64,000 nucleotides of DNA from Candidatus Cryptobacteroides sp. (GCA_045531765.1 JAZSEQ010000054.1:29520-93519), one strand, 5' to 3'. Positions 30,479 through 40,680 are shown, numbered from the stretch's first letter. The notes: generated by a model from the sequence alone, not told the origin. Translations and numbers: made by a program.

Positions 30479-31357
30479 TTATTCTGCGAGTTTATCAAGA
30501 CATAGTTCGATAAGCTTGCGGACCTGAGGCTTGTAATCAGGATTGCTGGCCTTGTGGTGACGGTGAGCTATGATGCAGCATACCGTTCCGGCATTGTGTC
30601 CCAGGTGGGCTGCTATTCCTGCTATCGCCGATCCTTCCATCTCGAAATTCGTAACCTTTTCCTCTCCGAATCTGAAACTTTCGAAAGTGTCAAGCATGTC
30701 CGGCATTGCCAGAGGCATCCTGAGGACCCTTCCCTGAGGGCCATAGAAACCGGATGCGGCTACGGTCATTCCCTTGTAGGTACAGTCCCGGAACCTATCC
30801 GTCATCTTCTGCCCGGCACGCACAAAGTATGGGTCAGGAAGATGTCTGTTCCAGCCGGTATGTCTCTTGAATGCTTCCTCGATGTCAGACATGGCTATCT
30901 TGTCGCGGTCGGCATACCAGTTGAGCAGGCCGTCACATCCGATTGAAATATGCGAAAACACGAAGGCTCCCAGAGGAATCTCCGGCTGGATGGCACCTGA
31001 TGTGCCGATACGCAGGATATTGAGAGTCCTGTGGACAGGCTTGACTTCTCTGGTCTCGAAGTCGATATTTGCCAAGGCATCCAGCTCGTTCATCACGATA
31101 TCGATATTGTCCGTACCGATGCCGGTGGATAGAGCTGTCATCCTTACTCCCTTGTATTTACCTGTCACAGAGACGAATTCACGGGACTCGTGTCTGAATT
31201 CCCTTTCTTCAAAATACTCGGCGATCATGTCCACTCTTCCGGGGTCACCGACAAGAATCACATTATCCGCAAGCTCTTCAGGACGGAGGTGAAGATGAAA
31301 CACCGAGCCGTCGCCATTGATTATAAGTTCCGATTCTGCTATTCTCATAGTCGTCAT
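30479..31357 (-). CDS. Nucleoside (uridine) phosphorylase
   Basis: VGDPGRV, STGIGTDNIDIV, RIGTSG, GFYGPQGR, NFEME. Confidence 0.9.
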   Translation of the reverse strand: MTTMRIAESELIINGDGSVFHLHLRPEELADNVILVGDPGRVDMIAEYFEEREFRHESREFVSVTGKYKGVRMTALSTGIGTDNIDIVMNELDALANIDFETREVKPVHRTLNILRIGTSGAIQPEIPLGAFVFSHISIGCDGLLNWYADRDKIAMSDIEEAFKRHTGWNRHLPDPYFVRAGQKMTDRFRDCTYKGMTVAASGFYGPQGRVLRMPLAMPDMLDTFESFRFGEEKVTNFEMEGSAIAGIAAHLGHNAGTVCCIIAHRHHKASNPDYKPQVRKLIELCLDKLAE

Positions 31358-31456
31358 ATTTAAATCCTGCAGTCTTGGATGACTGCAATAATCGTTCAAA
31401 TATAGTTTTTTACTTTGAAATTTCCTACTTTTGCCATTCGTAAAAAACAGACGTCT

Positions 31457-31876
31457 ATGTGGAAAAGAATACAGACCTTATATCTTGCAATATCGGCAGG
31501 TCTTGTCGTTTCGATGTTCTTCTGCAGGTTCGCGACCATAATAGGGCCTGAAGGCAGCGAAGAAGTCATCCGGTACTACGAGAAGACCCCATATCTCATA
31601 CTCCTTATAATGCTTCTCACTGCAAGCATATTCTCGATCGCCACTTATAGGACAAGATTCCTTCAGGCAAGGGTTTGCATGCTTACTGCCCTGATAATGG
31701 CGGGATTCCAGATATGGCTGGGAGTGGATTTCCTGATTTATAGGAACGAAATGATATTCTCCTTCACGATGATGTTCCCTCTGGTGGCCGCAATTCTTGA
31801 TATCATGGCTGCAAGGAACATAATGACAGACGAATTCATGTCGCAGGCACAGAAAAAAATGAAAAGGAAGCGCTGA
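31457..31876 (+). CDS. DUF4293-family membrane protein
   Basis: RIQTLYL N-terminus, four TM segments, A.RNI..DE C-terminus. Confidence 0.75.
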   Translation: MWKRIQTLYLAISAGLVVSMFFCRFATIIGPEGSEEVIRYYEKTPYLILLIMLLTASIFSIATYRTRFLQARVCMLTALIMAGFQIWLGVDFLIYRNEMIFSFTMMFPLVAAILDIMAARNIMTDEFMSQAQKKMKRKR

Positions 31877-31889
31877 GAACGCTTCCTTT
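31863..31889. terminator. Bidirectional hairpin between convergent genes
   Basis: AAAGGAAGCG-CTGAGAA-CGCTTCCTTT. Confidence 0.65.
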
Positions 31890-31891
31890 CC

Positions 31892-32302
31892 TTATACCAG
31901 GGCGAATGAAAGGCTGCCCTTGCAGCATAATTTACCGTCCACCTTTATGTCGGCACTGCAGAAGTAGATGTTTCCTCTCACATCATCGAGATGTGCCGTA
32001 ATCTCACAAAGGTCTCCAGGTCTTACTACATGCTTGAACCTTATTTTTTCCATTCCCGTGTAGAGGGTCGTCTTCCCTTTCAGGGCATCAAGCACAAGCA
32101 CTGCGCAACTTTGCGCCATCATTTCGCATTGGATCACTCCAGGAACTATAGGATTACCCGGAAAATGTCCGCGACAAAAGAATTCATCTTCCCGGATGCG
32201 GTAACGCGCGTGTGCGACTCCCGACTGATTGATTTCAGCCTCATCCAGAAGAAGCATAGGCTCCCTATGGGGAAGATGTTTTTTCAGCTCTTCTCTGTCC
32301 AT
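31892..32302 (-). CDS. fabZ: 3-hydroxyacyl-ACP dehydratase (stand-alone)
   Basis: LPHREPMLLLD, GHFPGNPIVPGVIQCE, VRPGD. Confidence 0.9.
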   Translation of the reverse strand: MDREELKKHLPHREPMLLLDEAEINQSGVAHARYRIREDEFFCRGHFPGNPIVPGVIQCEMMAQSCAVLVLDALKGKTTLYTGMEKIRFKHVVRPGDLCEITAHLDDVRGNIYFCSADIKVDGKLCCKGSLSFALV

Positions 32303-32344
32303 TGTGTGCAATTATATTTAGGTTTTAATATATGAGTTTACACC

Positions 32345-32479
32345 TGTCATGTCGAGCGCAGTCGAGACATCTTTAAAAAGATTTCTCCACTCACTTCGTT
32401 CGGTCGCAATCGGCTTGCCGCTTGAGCGTCTGCGAAAGTAATCGACAAAGTCGCTTGAGCGATAGCGAAAGAAATGACA
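32345..32479. repeat. GTCAT...ATCT REP pair, the second interrupted by two tandem 32-33-bp units
   Basis: TGTCATGTCGAGCGCAGTCGAGACATCT (32345-32372); AGATTTCTCCACTCACTTCGTTCGGTCG [65 bp] AAATGACA (32379-32479). Confidence 0.75.
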
Positions 32480-32557
32480 GTTGGTGTAAACATGTATATC
32501 GTTCCCTATATTTAAGTTAAAGTACATTATAGGTCAAGAAAGGTCAGAGAATTTCCA

Positions 32558-33802
32558 TTAATATCTTCTGAATGCGATGCATCCGTTATGGCCTCCGAAT
32601 CCAAGGGAATCGGAAATGGCTATGGTAAGGTCGGCTTTCACCGCTTCATTCGGGGTGTAATTCAGGTCACATTCCGGATCGACTTCGTCAAGATTTGCAG
32701 TCGGAGGCACAATGCCGTTCTTGAGCGCAAGTACAGCAGCTATGGCTTCTGCACCGCCTGCAGCTCCGAGCATATGACCTGTAGTACCCTTGGTTGAGCT
32801 CACATGAGCCTTATATGCATCATCACCGAGAGCAAGCTTGAACGCAAGAGTCTCCGATACATCATTCAGGGCTGTACCTGTACCATGTGCATTGATGTAA
32901 AGCACATCATCCGAAGTGTATCCTGCCTCGTCAAGAGCCTGCCTTATCGCAGCTGCCTGCGTCTTGCCGTCCGGTCTTGGAGCTGTCACATGATAGGCAT
33001 CACATGTGTTGCCATAGCCGCACACCTCTGCGATGATTTCAGCTCCACGCGCAACTGCATGTTCATACTCTTCAAGTATAAGCATAGCAGCGCCGTCAGC
33101 CATCACAAATCCGCCTCGATTCTTATTGAACGGCAGCGAAGCATATTTTGGATCCTCCGAACGTGAAAGAGCCTTGGCATTTGCAAACCCGGCAACAGCC
33201 AGAGGAATCAAAGGTGCTTCGGCCCCTCCGGCAATTATCGCATCTGCATATCCATGCTTTATGGCCCTGTATGCCTCCCCAATGGCATGGGTAGAAGTGG
33301 CACATGCGGTCACGACAGGCAGGCATGGGCCGCACGCATTGTTCCTTATCGCCACATTACCAGCAGCGATATTGGAAATGATCGTAGGAATAAACAGCGG
33401 GGACACCCATCTCGGGCCTTCATCAGCCATCTTCAGAGTCTCACGTTCCGAAGTCTTGAATCCGCCGATACCTGAGCCGACGTACACTCCGAAGCGCTCC
33501 GGAGCGATATTCCCGTTCTCAGAAGAATCAAGTCCAGACTCCTTTACGGCCTGCCACGCAGCTGCCACGGCATATACGGTGAAAAGGTCCTGCTTTCTTG
33601 CAAACCCCGGTTCTATCTCATAGTCAGCCGGATTGAAGTCCTTGACTTCCCCAGCCACCTTCGCCGGAAGGTCATCTGTCGGGAAAGAGGTGATAAGCTC
33701 TATTCCGCAGTTTCCTTCGACAATATTCTTCCAATAAGTCTTTACATCGTTTCCGACAGGAGATATGATTCCTGTCCCGGTCACAACAACTCTTCTTGTC
33801 AT
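32558..33802 (-). CDS. fabF: Beta-ketoacyl-ACP synthase II
   Basis: RRVVVTG, VTACAT catalytic Cys, NAHGTGT, GHMLGAAG, GFGGHN. Confidence 0.95.
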   Translation of the reverse strand: MTRRVVVTGTGIISPVGNDVKTYWKNIVEGNCGIELITSFPTDDLPAKVAGEVKDFNPADYEIEPGFARKQDLFTVYAVAAAWQAVKESGLDSSENGNIAPERFGVYVGSGIGGFKTSERETLKMADEGPRWVSPLFIPTIISNIAAGNVAIRNNACGPCLPVVTACATSTHAIGEAYRAIKHGYADAIIAGGAEAPLIPLAVAGFANAKALSRSEDPKYASLPFNKNRGGFVMADGAAMLILEEYEHAVARGAEIIAEVCGYGNTCDAYHVTAPRPDGKTQAAAIRQALDEAGYTSDDVLYINAHGTGTALNDVSETLAFKLALGDDAYKAHVSSTKGTTGHMLGAAGGAEAIAAVLALKNGIVPPTANLDEVDPECDLNYTPNEAVKADLTIAISDSLGFGGHNGCIAFRRY

Positions 33803-33815
33803 AAAAACTCCTTAT

Positions 33816-34760
33816 TTATATAGTCTCACAACGAGACTTCATTATGTCATAAGCACCGAGGATGATGTCCTCTACAATATCAACAGCCGGTTCTATCCTC
33901 TTCACCATTCCAGCGCACTCACCTGCCATGTAAGTGCCGTCCGGAGCTCCTTCCTGGACTGCCTTTCTCAGGGCACCGCTACCGAACGCAAGTAAATCAT
34001 CCTTTGAGACGGAAGGGTCACTTTCCATGCGGGCGAAAGTTTTGGAAAAAGGTGTCTTGAGAGAACGGACGGGATGACCAAGCGTCTTGCCTGTCACTAT
34101 CGTGGATATATCCGTAGCCTTCAATATCTTTTCCTTGTAGGCCTGATGGACATTACACTCCGAAGCGGAAAGGAATCTTGTCCCGACCTGAACAGCCTCC
34201 GCCCCCAGCATGAATGCCGCTGCGGCACCACGGCCGTCACAGATACCACCTGCGGCGATCACAGGTATGTCCACTGCATCCACAACCTGAGGAACAAGGG
34301 CCATAGTATGGAGTTCTCCGACATGGCCTCCGGATTCGGCGCCTTCCGCTACCACGGCATCCGCGCCGGCCGCCTGCATCTTCATGGCAAGGGCCACAGA
34401 AGCCACAACAGGGATGACCTTGATTCCTGCATCCTTCCACATCTGCATATACCGGGCAGGAGAGCCCGCACCTGTAGTCAGGATCCGGACACCTTCCTCA
34501 ACTACCATCCCGGCTATTTCGTCGGCATTGGGAGCCTGAAGCATTATATTGACCCCGAAAGGCTTATCTGTCATTTCCTTGCACTTGCGTATCTCATTCC
34601 TGACAGCCTCAGTTCCGGCATTGATCGAAGAAATCAGTCCCAGACCACCTGCCTGAGAGACAGCAGCCGCAAGAGAGGCATCAGCCACCCATGCCATACC
34701 ACCCTGAAAGATCGGATACCTGATTCCGAGCATTTCACATATTCTGTTATTCACGCTCAT
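33816..34760 (-). CDS. fabK: Enoyl-ACP reductase II (FMN-dependent)
   Basis: PIFQGGMAWVA, EGAESGGH, AAGGI.DGRG, VQVGTRF; located within the fab operon. Confidence 0.9.
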   Translation of the reverse strand: MSVNNRICEMLGIRYPIFQGGMAWVADASLAAAVSQAGGLGLISSINAGTEAVRNEIRKCKEMTDKPFGVNIMLQAPNADEIAGMVVEEGVRILTTGAGSPARYMQMWKDAGIKVIPVVASVALAMKMQAAGADAVVAEGAESGGHVGELHTMALVPQVVDAVDIPVIAAGGICDGRGAAAAFMLGAEAVQVGTRFLSASECNVHQAYKEKILKATDISTIVTGKTLGHPVRSLKTPFSKTFARMESDPSVSKDDLLAFGSGALRKAVQEGAPDGTYMAGECAGMVKRIEPAVDIVEDIILGAYDIMKSRCETI

Positions 34761-34798
34761 ATACAATCTTTTCGAATTACAAATATAAACAATTTTAT

Positions 34799-35746
34799 TT
34801 ACATGCATATTACTGCCGCACCAGAGACGAAACCGGCCCCGAAGGCGCTCAGGACAATGGTATCGCCATTCTTGACAACACCGTTTCTCCTGCACTCGTC
34901 AAGAAGTATCGGACAGCTTGAACTCGATGAGTTTCCATGGTCCCGGATATTGACGGGGAATTTTTCTTCCGGCTGCCGGAGATGTTCCCGTACGGATTCA
35001 ATGATGCGGATGTTTGCCTGATGTATGAGAAACCTGTCCACGTCCGCTGTCTCAAGACCGGCCTCGGAGAGTACCGCAGAGATATCCTTTATAGCTGACC
35101 TGACGGCAAACTTGAAGACATCCTGTCCTCTCATCTGAAGCGGGACGTCCTGCTCCTGCTTGGTAATGTATGGAGTCGGCTGCAACTTCCGGTACTGCCA
35201 CAGTTTGTCAGCGGCACTTGCCGCAGAAAGCCTTATGCTCCGGATTCCATCACCATCCGTGAGGACTGCAGCTGCTGCCCCGTCTCCGAAGAGCACGCAT
35301 GTCCTTCTGTCAGTCCAGTCCGTCATCCTGGTAGGCTCTTCCGCACACACGATCAGTATATTCCTGACTTTACCGGCCTTACTGTATGAATCAGCCATGT
35401 CCAGAGCATATATGAAACCCGCGCATGCGCAGTTAATATCAATGCACGGGCATGATGCACCTATTCCTCCCTGAATGATACAGCTCAGCTGAGGTGTGAT
35501 GTATTCATTCACGACATTCGAGCATATAATGAGGTCCAGGTCAGAGGCCTCCATTCCCGCATCAGCAAGAGCTTTGGAGGCTGCACCGACAGCCATATCC
35601 TCAAGCTTCTCATCTGAAATCACATGACGGCTCCTGACCCCTGTCCTTGTAGTTATCCACTCGTCGCTTGTATCAAGAAACTGCGCGAGCATTTCATTGG
35701 TCACCGTCATCTTTGGAAGTACGCTTCCCGTTCCGATAATTTTCAT
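34799..35746 (-). CDS. fabH: Beta-ketoacyl-ACP synthase III
   Basis: DTSDEWITTRTG, ACAGF, HQAN, GNSS triad; start at MKIIGTG, with TAATTTTG promoter at 35766-35773. Confidence 0.95.
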   Translation of the reverse strand: MKIIGTGSVLPKMTVTNEMLAQFLDTSDEWITTRTGVRSRHVISDEKLEDMAVGAASKALADAGMEASDLDLIICSNVVNEYITPQLSCIIQGGIGASCPCIDINCACAGFIYALDMADSYSKAGKVRNILIVCAEEPTRMTDWTDRRTCVLFGDGAAAAVLTDGDGIRSIRLSAASAADKLWQYRKLQPTPYITKQEQDVPLQMRGQDVFKFAVRSAIKDISAVLSEAGLETADVDRFLIHQANIRIIESVREHLRQPEEKFPVNIRDHGNSSSSSCPILLDECRRNGVVKNGDTIVLSAFGAGFVSGAAVICM

Positions 35747-35919
35747 CTTTCTCAAAATTTTCATGCAAAATTATCAAGAGATGAAGGTCTCTGAAAATCA
35801 ATGTGGCGAGAAGTCGAAATTAATTGGCGGATCAGCCGAAACCGGTTTGGCGGCATGGCGAATTTTGGTTATTTGGGGCAAAATTCATACTTTTGCCCGG
35901 ATTAAAACCTGAATTATAC

Positions 35920-36813
35920 ATGATATTAAATAATAAACTCCCCGAATATCTGTTGGGGAAATACCAACTCATAGGCACAGTGACATTCTCTGTCCTGTTT
36001 GCCGTAATCTTCCTCAATATCTACATTCCGTTCTCTGAAACCGCATGGTTCGAACTCGGCTATTCGGTGATGTTTCTCATGACACTTGCATATGCTGCAT
36101 CAGTGATCCTGCTGCTTATCATAAGCAGAATGCTCATGTACCGCATAAAAAGAGTCATAGAGATGACCTATCTCAAATATACGGCATGGTGTATAATTGA
36201 AATAATCTGCACATGCCTGCAGTACACATGGTTCACCACAGATTTCGCTATCCGGACAGGTGAAGGGTTCATGGATATATTCCCGCGCTCCCTCCTGTAC
36301 GGCACAATAGCGCTGGGAGTTCCATACCTGATTTCAGGAATGTACTTTGCCATAATAGACAAGAACAACACAATCAGGCTGATGAACTATTCCAACGTCG
36401 TTACCGACGAGCCTCCTAAGCCTGAGTCACAGCGCACGAAGATAACCCTATTCGACAACAGCGGCACCTTGAAACTGTCTCTCAGTCCGGATAACCTCTA
36501 CTATATCGAATCCGACGACAATTACATAAAGGTATGGTACACCGACAGCAAGGGAGAACTGAAGCAATACATGTTGCGTTGCCGCCTGAAGACCGTGGAG
36601 GAGAGTTTCAAGGGCAGCGGCCTTGTGAGATGCAACAGGAAGTACATCGTGAACATAAAGAAGGTGTCCATGCTCCGCAAGGAAAGCGAAGGCTATCTGC
36701 TGGATCTGGCGAACGAGACCATCCCGCCTCTGCCTGTGACAAAGACATATACAGATGCCATCTTGAGCTATTTCACGGATGAGAGTCCTCTGCTGGAGCC
36801 TTTGGATGAGTAG
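35920..36813 (+). CDS. Membrane-anchored LytTR-family regulator
   Basis: Four TM helices then LytTR domain (LYYIESDDNYIKV, LVRCNRKYIVN); TACTTTTG promoter at 35888-35895. Confidence 0.88.
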   Translation: MILNNKLPEYLLGKYQLIGTVTFSVLFAVIFLNIYIPFSETAWFELGYSVMFLMTLAYAASVILLLIISRMLMYRIKRVIEMTYLKYTAWCIIEIICTCLQYTWFTTDFAIRTGEGFMDIFPRSLLYGTIALGVPYLISGMYFAIIDKNNTIRLMNYSNVVTDEPPKPESQRTKITLFDNSGTLKLSLSPDNLYYIESDDNYIKVWYTDSKGELKQYMLRCRLKTVEESFKGSGLVRCNRKYIVNIKKVSMLRKESEGYLLDLANETIPPLPVTKTYTDAILSYFTDESPLLEPLDE

Positions 36814-36814
36814 A

Positions 36815-37924
36815 CTATTCCTCCAGGAACTGCGACATATTCTCAGAATACCTGCGCCATTTGTCTATAAGCGCCTGCATGTCATCAGGAAGTCTGGAAT
36901 CGAAACGTACCATCTCACCGCTACGAGGATGCACAAATCCCAAAGTCTTGGCGTGCAATGCCTGACGAGGCAGAAGTCTGAAGCAGTTCTCTATGAACTG
37001 ACGGTATTTTGCATAGATGGTACCTTTGCGGATTTCCGACCCGTCATACCTTGAATCATTGAAAAGAGGATGGCCGATCCAGTTGAAATGGACACGGATC
37101 TGATGTGTACGGCCGGTCTCCAGACGACATTCCACCACAGTCACATATCCGAATCTCTCCAGCACCTTGTAATGTGTCACGGCATGCTTGCCGTGATCAC
37201 ACTCAGGAAAGACCTTGAAACGCATCCTGTCGTTGGGGTCACGCCCGATGTTACCTGTGATTGTCCCCTCATCATCCTTGAGATTGCCCCATACGATGGC
37301 CACATAGCGGCGTTCTATCGAATGGACGAAGAACTGCTTTGCAAGGTTGAGCTGAGACTCATCATTCTTCGCAACGACAAGCAGTCCTGATGTGTCCTTG
37401 TCGATACGATGGACCAGTACACCCATCCTTTCATCCTCTGCATCAGGACCTTGGGATATTCCCAGATGATGGGCAAGCGCATTGACGAGGGTACCGCTGA
37501 AATGGCCATGTCCGGGATGTACCACCATGCCAGCCTCCTTGTTCAGGACAAGCAGGTCGTCATCTTCATAGACGATATTCAGAGGAATGTCCTCAGGAAG
37601 GATCTCAAGTCCGCGACGCTGGTAAGGCATGACAAAGGTCACCACATCTCCAGGACGGACGATATAATTGGCTTTGACGATCCTGTCATTGACACGGATA
37701 TACTCTGCCTTTATGGCAAGTTGTATACGGTGACGGGAAGTATACTCCATGTGGGTGGCAAGATACTTGTCCACCCTCATAGGAACCTGGCCTGCAGCGA
37801 TGTCAAACCTGTAATGTTCAAACATCTCCTGCTGCTCGTCCTCGTACGCCACCTCATCACCGGCCGACACCGGATCGAAATCCTCCAGAGGAGCCTCCTC
37901 CATATCTAAGAAATCAGCTGTCAT
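36815..37924 (-). CDS. rluD: RluA/RluD-family 23S rRNA pseudouridine synthase
   Basis: S4 domain, NKEAGMVVHP, HRIDKDTSG, LETGRTHQIRVH. Confidence 0.93.
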   Translation of the reverse strand: MTADFLDMEEAPLEDFDPVSAGDEVAYEDEQQEMFEHYRFDIAAGQVPMRVDKYLATHMEYTSRHRIQLAIKAEYIRVNDRIVKANYIVRPGDVVTFVMPYQRRGLEILPEDIPLNIVYEDDDLLVLNKEAGMVVHPGHGHFSGTLVNALAHHLGISQGPDAEDERMGVLVHRIDKDTSGLLVVAKNDESQLNLAKQFFVHSIERRYVAIVWGNLKDDEGTITGNIGRDPNDRMRFKVFPECDHGKHAVTHYKVLERFGYVTVVECRLETGRTHQIRVHFNWIGHPLFNDSRYDGSEIRKGTIYAKYRQFIENCFRLLPRQALHAKTLGFVHPRSGEMVRFDSRLPDDMQALIDKWRRYSENMSQFLEE

Positions 37925-37937
37925 AATCTGAACATCA

Positions 37938-38792
37938 TTACTGTAATACTTCCTCCTGCTTTTCCTCAAGGACTTCCTCCTCTACAGGCAGTACAGGAAT
38001 CCTCGTATGGTCAAGAGTCAGGTAGAGGTGCAGCGAATCACCCATACTTACGAACGTGCTGTCCGATGGCATAGGCAGTTGGTCATACACCACTGCATTG
38101 AGACTGTCCTCATAATCCTTGACAGTCTCATCGAAGACCACATTGCCGACATTAAGGGAGTGGTCATGCACGGCATCGACCGCACTAAGATACTTCAGGC
38201 CAGGAAGGTAAGGTGCATATGTAGTGCTGTCCTTGGAATTCAGACCTACCACCAGATCAATCACAGCTTCGCTTTCAACCATTGCACCAGGTTCGACATC
38301 TTCGCCACTGTACAGCTGGCGGAGGACATTATTGGTGGCTATATCATGAACATAGATAAGTCTTCCCAGCACCAGGCCACGTGAAAGGAGTTCCGCCTTT
38401 GCTTGACGCATCGAGTGGCCGACCAGATCAGGCATAGTTATTTCCTTTGGATTTACGGCATTGATGGTCAGCAGGATACGACGGCCTTTCTTGACGCGGG
38501 AGCCAGCAGCAGGATTCTGCTTATAGACTGCTCCCCTCCTCATTCTTTTGACAAATACGGAATCAGTCACCTCCACCCTGACTTCCCTTCTTGACGCTAT
38601 GTCAGAAGCTTCCGACAACGTCATGTTGGAGAAATCCGGAACAGGGATCTCCTCTCCATGCATGGTGCCGAACTTCAGAAGATAGAAGGCTCCGGCAATA
38701 AGCGCCACAACCACGCCTGCAGCTATAAGCAGGTGCTTGAGCAGCCACATACCCGGGACAGGTCTCTTGGACTGAGTCATTTTTTTCGCCAT
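37938..38792 (-). CDS. PASTA domain-containing membrane protein
   Basis: N-terminal TM, repeats VPDFSNM / MPDLVG, QNPAAGSRVKKGR. Confidence 0.85.
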   Translation of the reverse strand: MAKKMTQSKRPVPGMWLLKHLLIAAGVVVALIAGAFYLLKFGTMHGEEIPVPDFSNMTLSEASDIASRREVRVEVTDSVFVKRMRRGAVYKQNPAAGSRVKKGRRILLTINAVNPKEITMPDLVGHSMRQAKAELLSRGLVLGRLIYVHDIATNNVLRQLYSGEDVEPGAMVESEAVIDLVVGLNSKDSTTYAPYLPGLKYLSAVDAVHDHSLNVGNVVFDETVKDYEDSLNAVVYDQLPMPSDSTFVSMGDSLHLYLTLDHTRIPVLPVEEEVLEEKQEEVLQ

Positions 38793-38796
38793 ATCA

Positions 38797-39927
38797 TCAG
38801 ATTCTCACAAGTTCATACTCACGGCTTCCCAGACCTATCTTCTCGCCATACTCTACTCCTGCTTCCCAATTTGTATCCGGATGCACTATACGGAACTTGT
38901 CATCACCCCTATGATGATGGTGTCCGCAACTGCATTCCCCGTCCTTGTCGGAAATAGCGTTGCCGACAAGACTCGGAGCAGCCTTCACCAGTTCGGCACA
39001 GGCGCAGTCCAGAGCCACGGGATCGAATGATGCCGCAATGCCCAGATCCGGAACTATCGCCGCGTCATTATGTCCCCAGCAGTCGCAGTTCGGGGAGACA
39101 TTCATTATGAAGCTTATATGGAACGAAGGCTTGCCATGCACCACTGCATATGCATACTCTGCGATCTTGCTGTTGAGCACCTCTGAAGTATCATAATCCT
39201 TGATCACGGCAGCTGACTTCTGGCACACGGCGACACATTGGCCACATCCTACACACTTGTCATAATCGATGACAGCCTTTTTATCTATAACCTTCACGGC
39301 ATCATGACGGCAATACTTCTCACATATGCGGCAACCGATGCAGTTTTCCGTATCGATGCAAGGCTGTGACGAAGAATGGAGTTCAAGCTTTCCTCCAACA
39401 CTTGCCGATCCCATTCCGAGATTTTTCAATGCTCCGCCGAAGCCGCTCTGTTCATGTCCCTTGAAATGATTCATGGATATCACTATGTCAGCGTCAGCGA
39501 TTGCGACACCGATCTTCGGAGCAGGGCAATACGAGCCTCCGCAAGGGACTTCCTTATAATCAGTACCCTTAAGTCCGTCTGCTATGATCACATCAGCATG
39601 GACACCGATCCTGTTAAAGCCGTTTTCCATTGCCGTATTCAGATGGTCCACAGCATTTGAGCGCCCGCCCGTATACAATGTGTTCGAATCAGTCAGGAAC
39701 GGTTTTCCGCCCAATGAACGTATGACATCTATCACACGCGCAGCATAGTTCGGACGGATATAAGCCATGTTTCCAGGCTCGCCGAAATGGATCTTGACAG
39801 CTGTGAACTTGCCTTCAAAATCGATTTCACCTATTCCGGCACGACGGATGAGTCTTTCAAGTTTGGTCAGGAGGTCGTTCCCCGGAACCGTCCTCAGATC
39901 TGTAAAGAATACTTTAGATTTTTCCAT
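38797..39927 (-). CDS. DUF362 domain Fe-S protein
   Basis: VKIHFGEPGN, HFKGH..SGFGGALKNLGMG, two CxxCxxCxxxC ferredoxin motifs, SPNCDC. Confidence 0.9.
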   Translation of the reverse strand: MEKSKVFFTDLRTVPGNDLLTKLERLIRRAGIGEIDFEGKFTAVKIHFGEPGNMAYIRPNYAARVIDVIRSLGGKPFLTDSNTLYTGGRSNAVDHLNTAMENGFNRIGVHADVIIADGLKGTDYKEVPCGGSYCPAPKIGVAIADADIVISMNHFKGHEQSGFGGALKNLGMGSASVGGKLELHSSSQPCIDTENCIGCRICEKYCRHDAVKVIDKKAVIDYDKCVGCGQCVAVCQKSAAVIKDYDTSEVLNSKIAEYAYAVVHGKPSFHISFIMNVSPNCDCWGHNDAAIVPDLGIAASFDPVALDCACAELVKAAPSLVGNAISDKDGECSCGHHHHRGDDKFRIVHPDTNWEAGVEYGEKIGLGSREYELVRI

Positions 39928-39937
39928 AATGATGTTA

Positions 39938-40585
39938 TTATAAGATCGACATTCCAAGGAAAAGGACGTTGAAAAGGCCTTGTCCGAGCAACGCTATACC
40001 AATTATCACGACAATAGCTCCCGTAACCCTGCTGATCCAAAGGATAGTCCTCATCTTGAATCTTTTACGGAAACGGCTGATAAGCCATGAAAGGCCGAAC
40101 CAATACACTACCGTGCCGGCGCTTACCGACAGGATGATAGGAGCAACCTTCCAGGTGTGCGGAGCCTGGTCAGTGAGGCCGAAAAATGCAAAGAGGGTAA
40201 AGAGTACGAAAATAGCCATAGGATTCGAGAGTCCCATCGCAACTGACTTACCGAAATCCTTAGGCGACACAGATGAAGACCCTTCACCTTTTATCTTTCT
40301 GAAAGGGTCGGAAAAAGCCATGCTTATGCCAAGAACTATAAGCACCACGCCCCCGGCAAGAAGGATGATGCTACGATGCTGGTCTATGAAAGCCTGGGCA
40401 AAGGCCAGGGCAAATATGGCGATGATTGCAAATATCGTATCAACGACACTCGCTCCGAGACCGGCGATAAAGCCAGCCTTATGTCCCTGACTCAGAGACT
40501 TCTGAACAACGAATATCGCTATCGGCCCGACAGGGACCGAAGCACATACTCCCACCAGAAATGCCTTTACAATTTCGGTTATCAT
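39938..40585 (-). CDS. LysE-family transporter
   Basis: SVPVGPI, GFIAGLG, LSNP; six TM segments. Confidence 0.85.
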   Translation of the reverse strand: MITEIVKAFLVGVCASVPVGPIAIFVVQKSLSQGHKAGFIAGLGASVVDTIFAIIAIFALAFAQAFIDQHRSIILLAGGVVLIVLGISMAFSDPFRKIKGEGSSSVSPKDFGKSVAMGLSNPMAIFVLFTLFAFFGLTDQAPHTWKVAPIILSVSAGTVVYWFGLSWLISRFRKRFKMRTILWISRVTGAIVVIIGIALLGQGLFNVLFLGMSIL

Positions 40586-40680
40586 AGACGTCAAGGTTTT
40601 ATTGGCATACTTACAAAGCCACAATCACACAAAGGTAGCAATTATTTTTATAACTTTGCCAGACGTAAAGAAGCTGCAAG

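Noticed and set aside
32495-32522. Possible dif site (TTAAGTTAAAG resembles a XerD arm)
   Set aside because: No matching XerC arm at the required 6-bp spacing.
32318-32527. 69-aa ORF between fabF and fabZ as a possible acyl carrier protein
   Set aside because: No DSL phosphopantetheine motif; it is mostly translated REP sequence.
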